Part shown: positions 39,968-49,824 of the stretch, one piece after another | Layout: each line of letters begins with the position of its first letter | Position numbering within the stretch: the first letter of the stretch is position 1 | Assembly: GCA_041483895.1 (NCBI GenBank) | Contig: JBGPGO010000009.1 | Coordinates: 32,001-96,000, forward strand | From: Fimbriimonadia bacterium | Lineage (GTDB): Bacteria > Armatimonadota > Fimbriimonadia > Fimbriimonadales > JABRVX01 | DNA length: 64,000 nucleotides | Direction of reading: 5' to 3' | The notes under the pieces: generated by a model | Database searches by the model: none | The model's input: the letters and a program-made list of their open reading frames with translations, nothing else | Told to the model about the DNA's origin: nothing | Made by a program: the position numbers and the translations under genes

Positions 39968-42859
39968 CTATGGTACCGCAGAAACAGTCTCGCGCTTACG
40001 GCCTCGCGGTTTCGGCGAGACCTGGCGACCCTTCAACATTCGGGCAAGGTACCGGCCTGTATACGAATCTGCGGCCCTCGCCACCTCTTCGGGCGTCCCC
40101 GCCGCAATCAGCCGGCCCCCCTTCGTGCCCCCTTCCGGCCCCAGGTCCAATATCCAGTCCGCGGTCTTGATCACGTCCAAATTGTGTTCGATGACCAAAA
40201 CCGTGTTCCCTTGGTCTACCAGGCGGTGCAGCACGCCCAGCAGCTTGCTCACGTCCTCGAAGTGCAACCCCGTCGTCGGCTCGTCCAGGATGTATATCGT
40301 TCGGCCTGTGCTTCGCTTGGAAAGATGGTCGGCCAGCTTGATCCGCTGCGCCTCTCCGCCGGACAGGGTGGTCGCCGGCTGGCCGAGGCGAATGTATCCC
40401 AAGCCGACGTCTTTCAACGTTTCCATCTTTCGCTTGAGCGGCGGGACCGGCCCGAAGAATTCCAACGCCTCTTCGACCGTCATGTCCAGCACCTCCGCGA
40501 TCGATTTCGACTTGTACTTCACCTCCAACGTCTCGCGGTTGTACCGTTTGCCCTTGCACACTTCGCATGGCACGTACACGTCGGGCAGGAAGTGCATCTC
40601 GATCTTGATAATCCCGTCGCCTTGGCAGGCCTCGCATCGGCCACCCTTGACATTGAAGCTGAACCGGCCGGGCTTGTATCCGCGCACTCGCGAGTCGGTC
40701 GTGCGGGAATATAGGTCGCGGATCATATTGAACGCTCCGGTGTAGGTCGCCGGGTTGCTGCGCGGCGTCCGTCCAATGGGCGATTGGTCGATATCGACGA
40801 CCTTGTCGATGTGGTCCAGCCCCTCGATTTCCTTGTGCGCTCCCCAGACCGCGCGCGTTCCGTATACGTGGTACATCAGGCGCGGGAACAAGGTCTCCTG
40901 CACCAACGTCGACTTCCCGCTTCCCGAAACGCCGGTCACGCAAATAAAGACGCCCAGCGGGAAATCCGCGTCCACATGCTGCAGGTTGTTGGCTGTGGCG
41001 TCTCTCACACGTATCCATTTATCGTTCGGTTCCTTCCGCGTCTCCGGAATTGGTACCGACCGGTCGCCGCGCAGATAAGCGCCGGTGATGCTCGCTTTGC
41101 AGTTGATCACATCATTCACGGAGCCCTGGGCCACGACATAGCCTCCATGCTCGCCGGCCCCTGGGCCCAAATCGATCACGTGGTCGGCGGTCCGAATCGT
41201 CTCCTCGTCGTGCTCAACAACGATAACCGTGTTGCCGAGATCCCGCAGGCGCTCCAAAGTTTGGATCAGCTTACGGTTGTCCCGCTGATGCAGTCCGATG
41301 GAAGGCTCATCGAGAATATACAGAACGCCCATCAGCCCGCTGCCGATCTGGGTGGCAAGCCGGATGCGCTGCGCCTCCCCGCCGGCGAGCGTTCGAGCCG
41401 TCCGGTCGAGCTGGAGATACCCGACGCCCACTGTCGCTAGAAAACTGAGCCGCTCCGAAATCTCCTTCACCAACCGTTCCGCAATGGTCAACTCCCGCTT
41501 GTTCAATAACCTGGGCAGCCGGCCGAAAAATTCCTCGGCATCGTCGACGGTCATCCGCGTGATCTGCGAAACATTCTTACCGACAATTTTGACGGCAAGC
41601 GATTCGGGCTTGAGCCGATCCCCGTGGCACGTCGGGCAGGGAAGCTCGGTCATGTACTGCTCCAAATCCTGCTTCACCCAATCGGATTCGGTGCTTTCGT
41701 ACTTCTTTTTCAGGATATTCGTGATGCCGGGAAACTCGGTCTCGAAGAACCGATTGCGGCCATACTGCTTGCCCAACCGGACCGTCACGCTGCCATCCAC
41801 GCCGTCCATCAGCGCATCCCATTGTTCCGGCAACAGGTCCCGCAATGGGGTCTTCGTGTCGAACCCCATCCGTTCCGCCACCGCCGCGAACAGCTCGGGA
41901 TACCAGGACTTTTGCTCACCGCTCTTGTGGACGAATGGGGCGAACGGCCCATCATCGAGCGCCTTCGACATCTCCGGCGCAACCAAAATCGGATCGAATT
42001 CTGCCTTGAACCCCAGGCCGGTGCAATCCGAGCACGCGCCATACGGGCTGTTGAAAGAGAAGCTCCTCGGCTCGATCTCGCCGACGCTGATATCGCAATC
42101 CGGGCAGGCAAACGACTCGGAATAGGTCCGCTCCTCGTCTCCTGGTCCCAACACAACCAGCATTCCCTTGCTCAACTTCAGTCCGGTCTCAATCGAATCC
42201 GCCAGCCGCCGCTCGATCCCCTCTTTTACGACGAGCCGGTCGATCACAGCCTCCATCGTGTGCTGCTTGTACCGGTCCATTGAGATCTCATCCGTGACCT
42301 CGTACATCTGCCCATCCACCCGGACGCGAACGAACCCCTGGCGATGGATGTCGGCCAGCACCTGCTTGTACTCCCCCTTCCGGCCCCGCACTACAGGAGC
42401 CAAGAGCTGAATCTTGCTCCCCTGCGGCAGGTCCATTATCGCGTCGGTGATCTGCTCGACGGACTGGCGAGCGATCGGCTTGCCGCAATTCGGGCAATGG
42501 GGGGTTCCGACGCGGGCAAATAGCACCCTTAGATAGTCGTAAATCTCGGTGACGGTGCCGACCGTGGAGCGTGGGTTCTTGCTGGTCCCTTTCTGGTCTA
42601 TCGAGACGGCTGGCGAAAGACCGTCGATATGGTCCACGTCGGGCTTGTCCATTTGCCCCAAAAACTGCCGGGCATAGGCCGAAAGGCTCTCCACATACCG
42701 GCGTTGACCCTCGGCATAGATGGTGTCGAATGCCAGGCTGGACTTGCCTGAGCCGGACAGGCCGGTGATGACGACCAGCCGGTCCCGAGGTATTTCAACG
42801 GTAACGTTCTTGAGATTGTGCGCCCTAGCGCCAACCACCACAATCTTGTCCTGCGACAT
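39968..42859 (-). CDS. uvrA: Excinuclease ABC subunit A
   Basis: GARAHNLKN, two Walker A motifs GSGKS, zinc fingers, LSGGEAQRIKLA. Confidence 0.99.
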   Translation of the reverse strand: MSQDKIVVVGARAHNLKNVTVEIPRDRLVVITGLSGSGKSSLAFDTIYAEGQRRYVESLSAYARQFLGQMDKPDVDHIDGLSPAVSIDQKGTSKNPRSTVGTVTEIYDYLRVLFARVGTPHCPNCGKPIARQSVEQITDAIMDLPQGSKIQLLAPVVRGRKGEYKQVLADIHRQGFVRVRVDGQMYEVTDEISMDRYKQHTMEAVIDRLVVKEGIERRLADSIETGLKLSKGMLVVLGPGDEERTYSESFACPDCDISVGEIEPRSFSFNSPYGACSDCTGLGFKAEFDPILVAPEMSKALDDGPFAPFVHKSGEQKSWYPELFAAVAERMGFDTKTPLRDLLPEQWDALMDGVDGSVTVRLGKQYGRNRFFETEFPGITNILKKKYESTESDWVKQDLEQYMTELPCPTCHGDRLKPESLAVKIVGKNVSQITRMTVDDAEEFFGRLPRLLNKRELTIAERLVKEISERLSFLATVGVGYLQLDRTARTLAGGEAQRIRLATQIGSGLMGVLYILDEPSIGLHQRDNRKLIQTLERLRDLGNTVIVVEHDEETIRTADHVIDLGPGAGEHGGYVVAQGSVNDVINCKASITGAYLRGDRSVPIPETRKEPNDKWIRVRDATANNLQHVDADFPLGVFICVTGVSGSGKSTLVQETLFPRLMYHVYGTRAVWGAHKEIEGLDHIDKVVDIDQSPIGRTPRSNPATYTGAFNMIRDLYSRTTDSRVRGYKPGRFSFNVKGGRCEACQGDGIIKIEMHFLPDVYVPCEVCKGKRYNRETLEVKYKSKSIAEVLDMTVEEALEFFGPVPPLKRKMETLKDVGLGYIRLGQPATTLSGGEAQRIKLADHLSKRSTGRTIYILDEPTTGLHFEDVSKLLGVLHRLVDQGNTVLVIEHNLDVIKTADWILDLGPEGGTKGGRLIAAGTPEEVARAADSYTGRYLARMLKGRQVSPKPRGRKRETVSAVP

Positions 42860-43116
42860 TCGCCCTCCCTGCTTGGCAGAATCCCCATTGTACCAAATAA
42901 CGTAGACGCTTGTTCATTTTATTTGGCAAGCCCGCATCGGAATCGCACTTTCTCTCACGATCTGTTGACTCTTTACTTGATTTAATGCTGACAGGGTATT
43001 ATTTGCACGCTTGTCCAGAACGTTGACCGTCGATTTCCGTCGTCATCAAGGTTTAGTCCTGATCGATCGATAGACCGGCCCGAGTTCAGGATAAAGACAT
43101 ATTGAGAGAGTAATCA

Positions 43117-43407
43117 ATGAACATCTATGTAGGGAATCTGTCGTTCAATGCGACCGAAGGCGATTTGCGAGAGGCGTTTTCGCAGTACGGCGAAGTCACC
43201 TCCTGCTCTATCATCACGGACAAATTCAGCCAGCAGTCCAAAGGTTTTGGCTTTGTCGAGATGTCAAACAAGGAAGAGGCTCTGAAAGCGATCCAGGGTC
43301 TGAATGGCCAGGAGTTCGGCGGCCGAGCGCTCACCGTCAACGAAGCGCGACCGAAGGAAGATCGGGGCGGCGGCGGTGGCGGAGGCGGGCGAGACCGCCG
43401 CTGGTAA
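43117..43407 (+). CDS. RRM (RNP-1) RNA-binding protein
   Basis: IYVGNLS, SKGFGFVEM, TVNEARP, Gly-rich tail. Confidence 0.95.
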   Translation: MNIYVGNLSFNATEGDLREAFSQYGEVTSCSIITDKFSQQSKGFGFVEMSNKEEALKAIQGLNGQEFGGRALTVNEARPKEDRGGGGGGGGRDRRW

Positions 43408-43490
43408 TCGCTCCTTTTTGACATACGACAGGCGGGCGCCTCGCAAGTGCCCGCCAACTGACCAAGCCTAAGAAGGAGCCAACCTAAATA

Positions 43491-44396
43491 TTGGAAGTTC
43501 ACACAACCAGCGGAGAGGGCCAAGAGAAAAGGTTTTCCCACGCATATTTCTTTGCGGTCACTGTCACGCAGATTATCGTCTGGTTCTCGCTTCTCTATTG
43601 GCCGCTGAAGCAGATTTGGCCCGACATCTGGGAACGCCAACTCGGCGCCGGATTTGGCAAGATCATTCTCGTCATCCTTGCCACCCATCTGGTTCTCTGC
43701 TTTTTCGAATTCTTCTTTCACCGGTACGTTTTGCACTCCGTTACCCTTAGCTTCTTGGCGGTATTTGCGAAAAAGCACCGGCATCATCACGGTCTCACAC
43801 ATGTCGTCGAGGTGCATTCGCCTGATACGGGAGAAGTCACGGTTCGAAACAAGTATCCGATCGTCGAGCCCGAGCAGCACGAATCGGCGGCATTTCCCAT
43901 CTATGCGCTCGTCAGTTTTTGGGCAGTCTTTTCCCCGGCAATCCTGCTCTCGCAATGGCTGATGCCACACGTGCCAATCGTGGTCGGCGGCTACCTGGGC
44001 GTCGCGTGGTCCTATTTTCTGTATGAGACCTGGCACGCGATCGAGCACCTCTCCTATGAGGAGGTGTGGGGTCCCCTCACAAAGGGGCGGCTTGGAAAGT
44101 TTTTCCGGCCGATCTACGGCTTCCATCTGATGCATCACTACAATCCCAAGTCGAATGAAGCGATTTCCGGCTTCTTTGGACTGCCGCTCGCCGACTGGCT
44201 GCTCGGGACTTTCCGAATTCCCAAGGTGTTGCCCCTCCATGGCGAAGCTCCGGATCCAAGCCTTTCCAAACCAGTCAAGCCCATGTTCCTCGTTCGTTGG
44301 ATGGATACGCTTTCCGATAGTTGCGAGAGGAAATATCAAAAGAAGCGTGGAAAAAAGGCCCTGCGCCAGCACCAACTCGCCTCCGCCGGCAAGTAA
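43491..44396 (+). CDS. Fatty-acid hydroxylase / sterol desaturase-like membrane protein
   Basis: His boxes HRYVLH, HRHHH, HAIEH and HLMHH with transmembrane segments. Confidence 0.72.
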   Translation: MEVHTTSGEGQEKRFSHAYFFAVTVTQIIVWFSLLYWPLKQIWPDIWERQLGAGFGKIILVILATHLVLCFFEFFFHRYVLHSVTLSFLAVFAKKHRHHHGLTHVVEVHSPDTGEVTVRNKYPIVEPEQHESAAFPIYALVSFWAVFSPAILLSQWLMPHVPIVVGGYLGVAWSYFLYETWHAIEHLSYEEVWGPLTKGRLGKFFRPIYGFHLMHHYNPKSNEAISGFFGLPLADWLLGTFRIPKVLPLHGEAPDPSLSKPVKPMFLVRWMDTLSDSCERKYQKKRGKKALRQHQLASAGK

Positions 44397-44424
44397 CGGC
44401 CGGCCATGCTAAAATCTCACACCT

Positions 44425-44994
44425 GTGAGACGGACCGATCCTGCCAAACTGCTTTATCGATGCCAAAACGGTGACCAGGCCGCATGGTCCGATCTCGTCG
44501 ACCAGTTCCAGAATCTCGTGTACTCCATCCCATCGCGAATGCGTTTGAGGCCTGACGACTGCGCGGACGTCTTCCAAACCACCTTCCTACAGCTATCCCG
44601 CCATGTGGATCGGATACAATCCGGCGAGGCGCTGGCAAAGTGGCTGGCGGTAACCGCGACGAGAGAGGCCCTGCGAATCAGACGTCTGTCCGGTCGGGCC
44701 ACCCTCGAAACCGACCTCGGACCGCGCGGATTGTCAGAAGTGGTCGCAGACGAAGAGAGGTCCGCCGAGAAAGCCGCCTTCGCCGCGGTTCAAGCCGACA
44801 CGGTGCGAAAAGCCGTGCTGGGACTGCCGGAGCGATGCCGTGAGTTGATAATGTTGTTGTTCTTTGAAGACGAGGTGTCGTATTTGGAGATTTCGGACCG
44901 CCTCGAGATTCCGCTGGGGGCGATCGGACCAACCCGGTCTCGCTGCCTGGACAAGCTACGAAGAATGCTGGATCGAGAAACCTTCGAGGATTGA
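44425..44994 (+). CDS. ECF RNA polymerase sigma factor
   Basis: GDQAAWSDLV, DVFQTTF..L, WLAVTA, LPERCREL, SYLEISDRL..PLGAIGPTRSRCLDKLR. Confidence 0.93.
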   Translation: MRRTDPAKLLYRCQNGDQAAWSDLVDQFQNLVYSIPSRMRLRPDDCADVFQTTFLQLSRHVDRIQSGEALAKWLAVTATREALRIRRLSGRATLETDLGPRGLSEVVADEERSAEKAAFAAVQADTVRKAVLGLPERCRELIMLLFFEDEVSYLEISDRLEIPLGAIGPTRSRCLDKLRRMLDRETFED

Positions 44995-45033
44995 AGGTAT
45001 CTTTCGGGAGTACATTCCCTCTATTAGGCTGAG

Positions 45034-45585
45034 ATGAAGAAGAACTGTAAGGAAATCTATGATGAGCTGGTAGCGCTCGCCCTCGGAGAAAAGGGTGGCC
45101 AGGCCCGCGATCACCTCGCGGAATGCCAAAGCTGCCGGAAGCTGCTCGCCGAGCTCACCGATGTGGTCGAGGCATTGAAGGCGCGCTTTGCTGACGCTCC
45201 TGCCGCGCTGATCGAGCATGTCAAAGCGATCCGCATCGGCGAGCGCAAGACGACTCTGGCCCGGCTGGTCAGCACAAGCCTTAGTCTCGCTGGCGCGCGC
45301 GCAGAAGAGGCCGATTCCTTTCAAGCCGTATACGAGTACGCGGACGGCCAGGCAAGGCTGATGTATGTCCGGCAAAATCGCGGCTGGGAGGTCCTCGGCC
45401 AGGCGGCCAACCTGGTTTCTTGGCAGACGGGCGGCAAAGAACAGACCGCCCGCGCCGACGGAAGATTTAGCTTCAAGGCATCCAACCTCGACAAGACCGG
45501 CGTCCGGTTGCGACTGGCAGACAAGGATGTCGAAATCCCGCCCGTCGGTAAGGAGCTTTCCGGTGACTTCGGCGGAGCTTGCTAG
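45034..45585 (+). CDS. Putative soluble anti-sigma factor with N-terminal zf-HC2 motif
   Basis: HLAECQSC (HxxxCxxC) directly downstream of the sigma gene; no transmembrane segment. Confidence 0.68.
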   Translation: MKKNCKEIYDELVALALGEKGGQARDHLAECQSCRKLLAELTDVVEALKARFADAPAALIEHVKAIRIGERKTTLARLVSTSLSLAGARAEEADSFQAVYEYADGQARLMYVRQNRGWEVLGQAANLVSWQTGGKEQTARADGRFSFKASNLDKTGVRLRLADKDVEIPPVGKELSGDFGGAC

Positions 45586-48220
45586 CCGGCTCGAAACGGC
45601 CACCTCGTCGGAAGCTCGCTCGCTGATCAAGAATGCCCCGGCCGGCAGCGGCGAGGCGTTTTTTTGGCGCGTTGTTGAGCTATCGGCTTCCGACCCCAGC
45701 GCGGCGGAACGGCTTTCCCGGCATTGGAAGGCGGTGCTTGCTAATGGCGATTCGCTTGCCTACGCCTATCGGGCCAAGGCGGTCGGAGAGCGGCTGCGCG
45801 GCAAATGGCTCGAAAGCGCGGAATCCTTTCAGAAGGCGGGCAGAGCGGCCAAGAACCCTATTGAGAGACTGACCTTCCAACGAGGCGCGGTCGATTCACT
45901 GGGCAGGGCGGGGAGGGTCGCTGAGGCCGTCGCGCTCGGCAAGCGGCTCATTCGCGGTCTCGACAATCGCAAAGAGACCGTCGAGGCTGCCAGAGTCCGG
46001 CTGAACGTCGGCAACGCGCTGCTCTGGGCCGACGAATATGAAACGGCCCGAACGTGGCTGAAACAGGCTTGGCAAAGCCTCCACAAAGCGGGCGAAGCGC
46101 GGGAAGCCTCAGCCGCGCTGCTCGGTCTTTCCACATCGGAATTCTATGGCGGCGATCCGTCCGCCTCCAGAGAGTACGCCCTGCAGGCACGCGACTGGTT
46201 CCAAAATGCCGGCGAGCCGTACTTTGCGCACCTCTGCGAACTCAACCTCGCTCAAGAGGCCATTCTCCGGGGACGGGGCGATGAAGCGCTCGACATGCTG
46301 CTTGCCATGCAATCCCTTCACAGTCAGACTGTGAAGGGATTGCATGGCGTGGATGCCGCGCGGCTGGAAGAGTTCATTGGCGACGCTTACTTTTCTCTCA
46401 ACTTGTGGCAAGAGGCCGAACAGAGCTACCGGTCTGCACTTAAGACGCCGGGGCTGCGAACGCTGCCCATGAACGTGGCAAACTGCCATCTTGGGATCGG
46501 GTTGGCTCTCGCGGCCAGGGAAGACGCCTTGGCGGTTCGGTCCCTCCGCCGAGCCGCATCGGACTACGAGAAGCTGAAGAATTGGGCATGGAACGGCGCA
46601 GCCCGAACGGAGCTCGCGCGTTCGCTGGCGATGCAGGGCAAGGCGAGCCTCGCCCGCTCCGAGGTCAAATCTGCGATTCGGACCTTGACGCGCGCCGGCT
46701 CCCCGTATCACCTCGCCTCCGCTCGATTGGTCGCCGCGGGTCTGGGCGATGAGAACTCCCTGGCGTTGGCAGAAAAGGACATAAGAAAGTACCGATTTGA
46801 CGCGCTCGCTTGGCAGGTGCATTCCCTCCGCGCTCGCGCCGCGCCGGAAGGCAAGCGGTTCCCACACTATCGCCGGATGTTCGCCTCCATCATCCAGGGC
46901 CGCTTGCGGACGACGTCGACTCTGTCTCGCGCGGCCTATCTGCGCGATAAAGCTGACGCCCTCGGCGCGTATCTTGCCGAACTTCTCACCAAACCGACGG
47001 ATGCCCGCATAGCGGAGGCCCTCGATGTCGTCGTTCAATCGCGTTCCGCCGCGCTGATCGACGAAATCCTCTCTTCGGCTGCGCCTATGTCTCCAGAGAC
47101 CGTTCGACAGATCGAGCGCCTGCGCGAAGAACTAAACCGTACCGGCGGTTCGACGACGCCGGGGAGCCGAGCCCGGTTTGCGCCGGCCAATCCCGCCCGG
47201 CTGGCGGCTCTCCAGCGGCGATGGACCGAGGCGATGCGCTGCTTTCAACCGGCTCTTCGCAGGCCGGTCCAACCGTCCGAAATTGCATGCACCGTGTTGG
47301 CGGAGACCAACGACGGCTACTACGCCATCCATCAAGGCCGTAGGGTTCGCCTCCCAATATCGGTCGTCGAGCTAAGAGAAGAACTAAAGTGGCTCGAATT
47401 CGACCTGCTGGGCCCGATGGCGATACGTGATTCCTGCCCAAAGTGCGTTCTTAGCAGCCTGGCCAGCCTGCGCAAGGTTCTTTTGGAGCCCTGGTTGGAA
47501 CCCGGGAGAAGCGTCGTTCCGCTTTCGCCCGACGGCCTGTTATGGCGAGTTCCCTGGCAGGCGCTTCTCAATCTCAATGGAACGGATGCCGAACCGCTGG
47601 TCCTCCCAAGTCCCCTATTCGGCCTCGATGCCTGTTGCGCGCGCCTGCCCAAGAGCCCGAAGGCGGCGCTATGGCTGTACGAAGCGCCGGACCTGCCCAA
47701 CATCAAGACCGAGGCGGAGGCCTTCCTGAAGCGCTTCCCGAAAGCCAAGATCGTCCGGACCCGCGCCGAAGCGATGGAGCCGGGCCGATACGATCTGGTT
47801 CATGTCGCCAGCCACGCCCGCAATCTTCCGGCCAACCCCATGTTCTCGGCGATACAGTTGGAGGACGGCTGGCTGCACGCCGGTGAAATCGCCCATTGCG
47901 GCGTACGGGCGGGACTGGTGACCCTTTCCGCATGCGAAACCGGGCGAATCAGTCTTTGGTCCAAAACCGAACCGGATGGGCTAACTCGCGCGTTCCTAGC
48001 TTTGGGAGCGCAAGCCGTCGTCGCCAGCGCATGGAATCTGGACGATATCATGGCAAGCGAGATGATGGCGGTCTATTATGCTGGGCTTACGGGCGGCGAA
48101 ACGGTCTCTCGATCCCTATCGGCAGCCCGGCAATTTGCGAAAAAAAGGCGGCCGCACCCGTATTATTGGGCTCCGCTTTTGCTATTTGGGGGTTATCATA
48201 GAGTGGGAGGGGCGGAATGA
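45563..48220 (+). CDS. TPR + CHAT (caspase-like protease) domain protein
   Basis: N-terminal TPR helices; PDGLLWRVPWQAL, VHVASHA, LSACETG, AVVASAW, HPYYWAP; GTG 45563 follows AAGGAG. Confidence 0.9.
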   Translation: MTSAELASRLETATSSEARSLIKNAPAGSGEAFFWRVVELSASDPSAAERLSRHWKAVLANGDSLAYAYRAKAVGERLRGKWLESAESFQKAGRAAKNPIERLTFQRGAVDSLGRAGRVAEAVALGKRLIRGLDNRKETVEAARVRLNVGNALLWADEYETARTWLKQAWQSLHKAGEAREASAALLGLSTSEFYGGDPSASREYALQARDWFQNAGEPYFAHLCELNLAQEAILRGRGDEALDMLLAMQSLHSQTVKGLHGVDAARLEEFIGDAYFSLNLWQEAEQSYRSALKTPGLRTLPMNVANCHLGIGLALAAREDALAVRSLRRAASDYEKLKNWAWNGAARTELARSLAMQGKASLARSEVKSAIRTLTRAGSPYHLASARLVAAGLGDENSLALAEKDIRKYRFDALAWQVHSLRARAAPEGKRFPHYRRMFASIIQGRLRTTSTLSRAAYLRDKADALGAYLAELLTKPTDARIAEALDVVVQSRSAALIDEILSSAAPMSPETVRQIERLREELNRTGGSTTPGSRARFAPANPARLAALQRRWTEAMRCFQPALRRPVQPSEIACTVLAETNDGYYAIHQGRRVRLPISVVELREELKWLEFDLLGPMAIRDSCPKCVLSSLASLRKVLLEPWLEPGRSVVPLSPDGLLWRVPWQALLNLNGTDAEPLVLPSPLFGLDACCARLPKSPKAALWLYEAPDLPNIKTEAEAFLKRFPKAKIVRTRAEAMEPGRYDLVHVASHARNLPANPMFSAIQLEDGWLHAGEIAHCGVRAGLVTLSACETGRISLWSKTEPDGLTRAFLALGAQAVVASAWNLDDIMASEMMAVYYAGLTGGETVSRSLSAARQFAKKRRPHPYYWAPLLLFGGYHRVGGAE

Positions 48221-49824
48221 GATTAGTCCTGTTCGCACTGTACTTTGCGCTCGCCGTCGCGGCGTCGGCGAAAATGCAATATATAGCTCGCATGAACCCC
48301 GGCGTCGATCCGAGTGTCGTGGAACCGTTCGGGTTCATGGTGGCAGATACGATAGCCGATTCGCCGTACGTTCTTCTGAAGACGCCGCCGGACTGGACCT
48401 ACGCACAGGCGGACGTTGCCCGGGACCTGCTCGCCGCCAGTGGCTTTGTCGCGTGGGTCGAGGACGATTACGCCTGCGCGATTCCCGAGCATGGCGGGGC
48501 GGGAAAAGGCAGCACCATCGGCTCCGTCTCCGGCCCCGATACATTCAAGATAATGAATGCCGCCGCACTCACCATGGTAAATTGGCCGGGCGCGGACTTC
48601 GGTCAGCGGTCCGGAACGACGATCGCCATTATCGATACCGGTTTATCTCCCAACGTCCCCTCGCTGTGGACCGGCGTGGTCGCCACGCTAAATACAGTGG
48701 AGCCCGGACAGCCTGCCTACGACATTCCTCACGATACCGACAGCTCCAAGAATGGTGTGGTCGATGAAGGGCTGAGCCATGGGACGATGATTGCCGGCAT
48801 CATCGCCTCTATGGCCCCGCGCTCGCCCCTGATCATCGTGCGAGCGCTGGACAGCGACGGCGTGGGCGATGCCTGGAACATTATTAAAGGGATGATTTTC
48901 GCACTCGATCACGGCGCGAAGGTGTTTAACCTCAGCTGGGGGAGCGCGGACGATGTTCCCGCGATCTATGACGTGATGGTTTGGGCGCAGTCCACGAATG
49001 CCGTCTATGTCGCTTCCTCCGGCAACCTCGGACAGCAGTTGGCTTGGAACCCGGCGCAGGGGCCGCATTGCATCAGCGTGACCGGAATCGATTCCGCCAG
49101 CGTGAAAACTTCATGGGCAAACTGGGACGGCAGCATCGATGCCTGCGCCCCGTCGATGGATCTGTTTAGCTGCTGGTGGGATGGGACCGTCGGTGTTTGG
49201 TCGGGCACTTCGTTTGCCGCACCGTTGGTGACGTCGGCCGTCGCCCTCGCTTTTCAATACAACCCGACATGCCCCGCCGCGATGATGATCGAAACCGTCA
49301 CGACAACCGGGACAAATGTGGACGGCCTGCCCGGCAATGAGGCGTTCGCCGGCCAGATCGGCACTCGGCTGAATATCCAAGCCTTGCTATTGGCCACCGC
49401 ACTGCATTCCACAATCTCCGGCATTGTTACTTTCGAATTCTTGGCCGGCCCGATTCCTTCTTCGATCCCAATGGAGGTGAACTGGGATGGGATCGATCTG
49501 GGAGAGATGCAGGTTCCATTGGACGCCACCGGTGCATTCTCGCTCGATCTGCCGGCGGGGTCCATCACGGTGGAGAGCAAAACCACGCATTGGTTGGAGC
49601 GCTATCAAGGTTTCGATACGAGCGACGGCTCGATCGACGAGGTTGTGTTTGACCTGTACAACGGCGATGCCAACAATGACAATGTCGTGGACCTAAAGGA
49701 CCTGAACATGTTGTTCATCGAGTTCGGCGAGCCGACTCCGATGGCGGATCTGGATGAAGACGGGATCGTCTCGCTGGGCGACATCAACATCGTGTTCATG
49801 AACTTCGGCCTTGAAGGCGCTTAG
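48217..49824 (+). CDS. Secreted S8 subtilisin-like serine protease with C-terminal Ig + dockerin-like module
   Basis: Triad IIDTG / HGTMIAG / GTSFAAP, oxyanion SSGN; signal peptide; ATG overlaps the CHAT gene stop. Confidence 0.92.
   Translation: MRLVLFALYFALAVAASAKMQYIARMNPGVDPSVVEPFGFMVADTIADSPYVLLKTPPDWTYAQADVARDLLAASGFVAWVEDDYACAIPEHGGAGKGSTIGSVSGPDTFKIMNAAALTMVNWPGADFGQRSGTTIAIIDTGLSPNVPSLWTGVVATLNTVEPGQPAYDIPHDTDSSKNGVVDEGLSHGTMIAGIIASMAPRSPLIIVRALDSDGVGDAWNIIKGMIFALDHGAKVFNLSWGSADDVPAIYDVMVWAQSTNAVYVASSGNLGQQLAWNPAQGPHCISVTGIDSASVKTSWANWDGSIDACAPSMDLFSCWWDGTVGVWSGTSFAAPLVTSAVALAFQYNPTCPAAMMIETVTTTGTNVDGLPGNEAFAGQIGTRLNIQALLLATALHSTISGIVTFEFLAGPIPSSIPMEVNWDGIDLGEMQVPLDATGAFSLDLPAGSITVESKTTHWLERYQGFDTSDGSIDEVVFDLYNGDANNDNVVDLKDLNMLFIEFGEPTPMADLDEDGIVSLGDINIVFMNFGLEGA

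Noticed and set aside
43125..44375. 416-aa minus-strand ORF
   Set aside because: Antisense to the well-supported RRM and hydroxylase-like genes, with no recognisable motifs.
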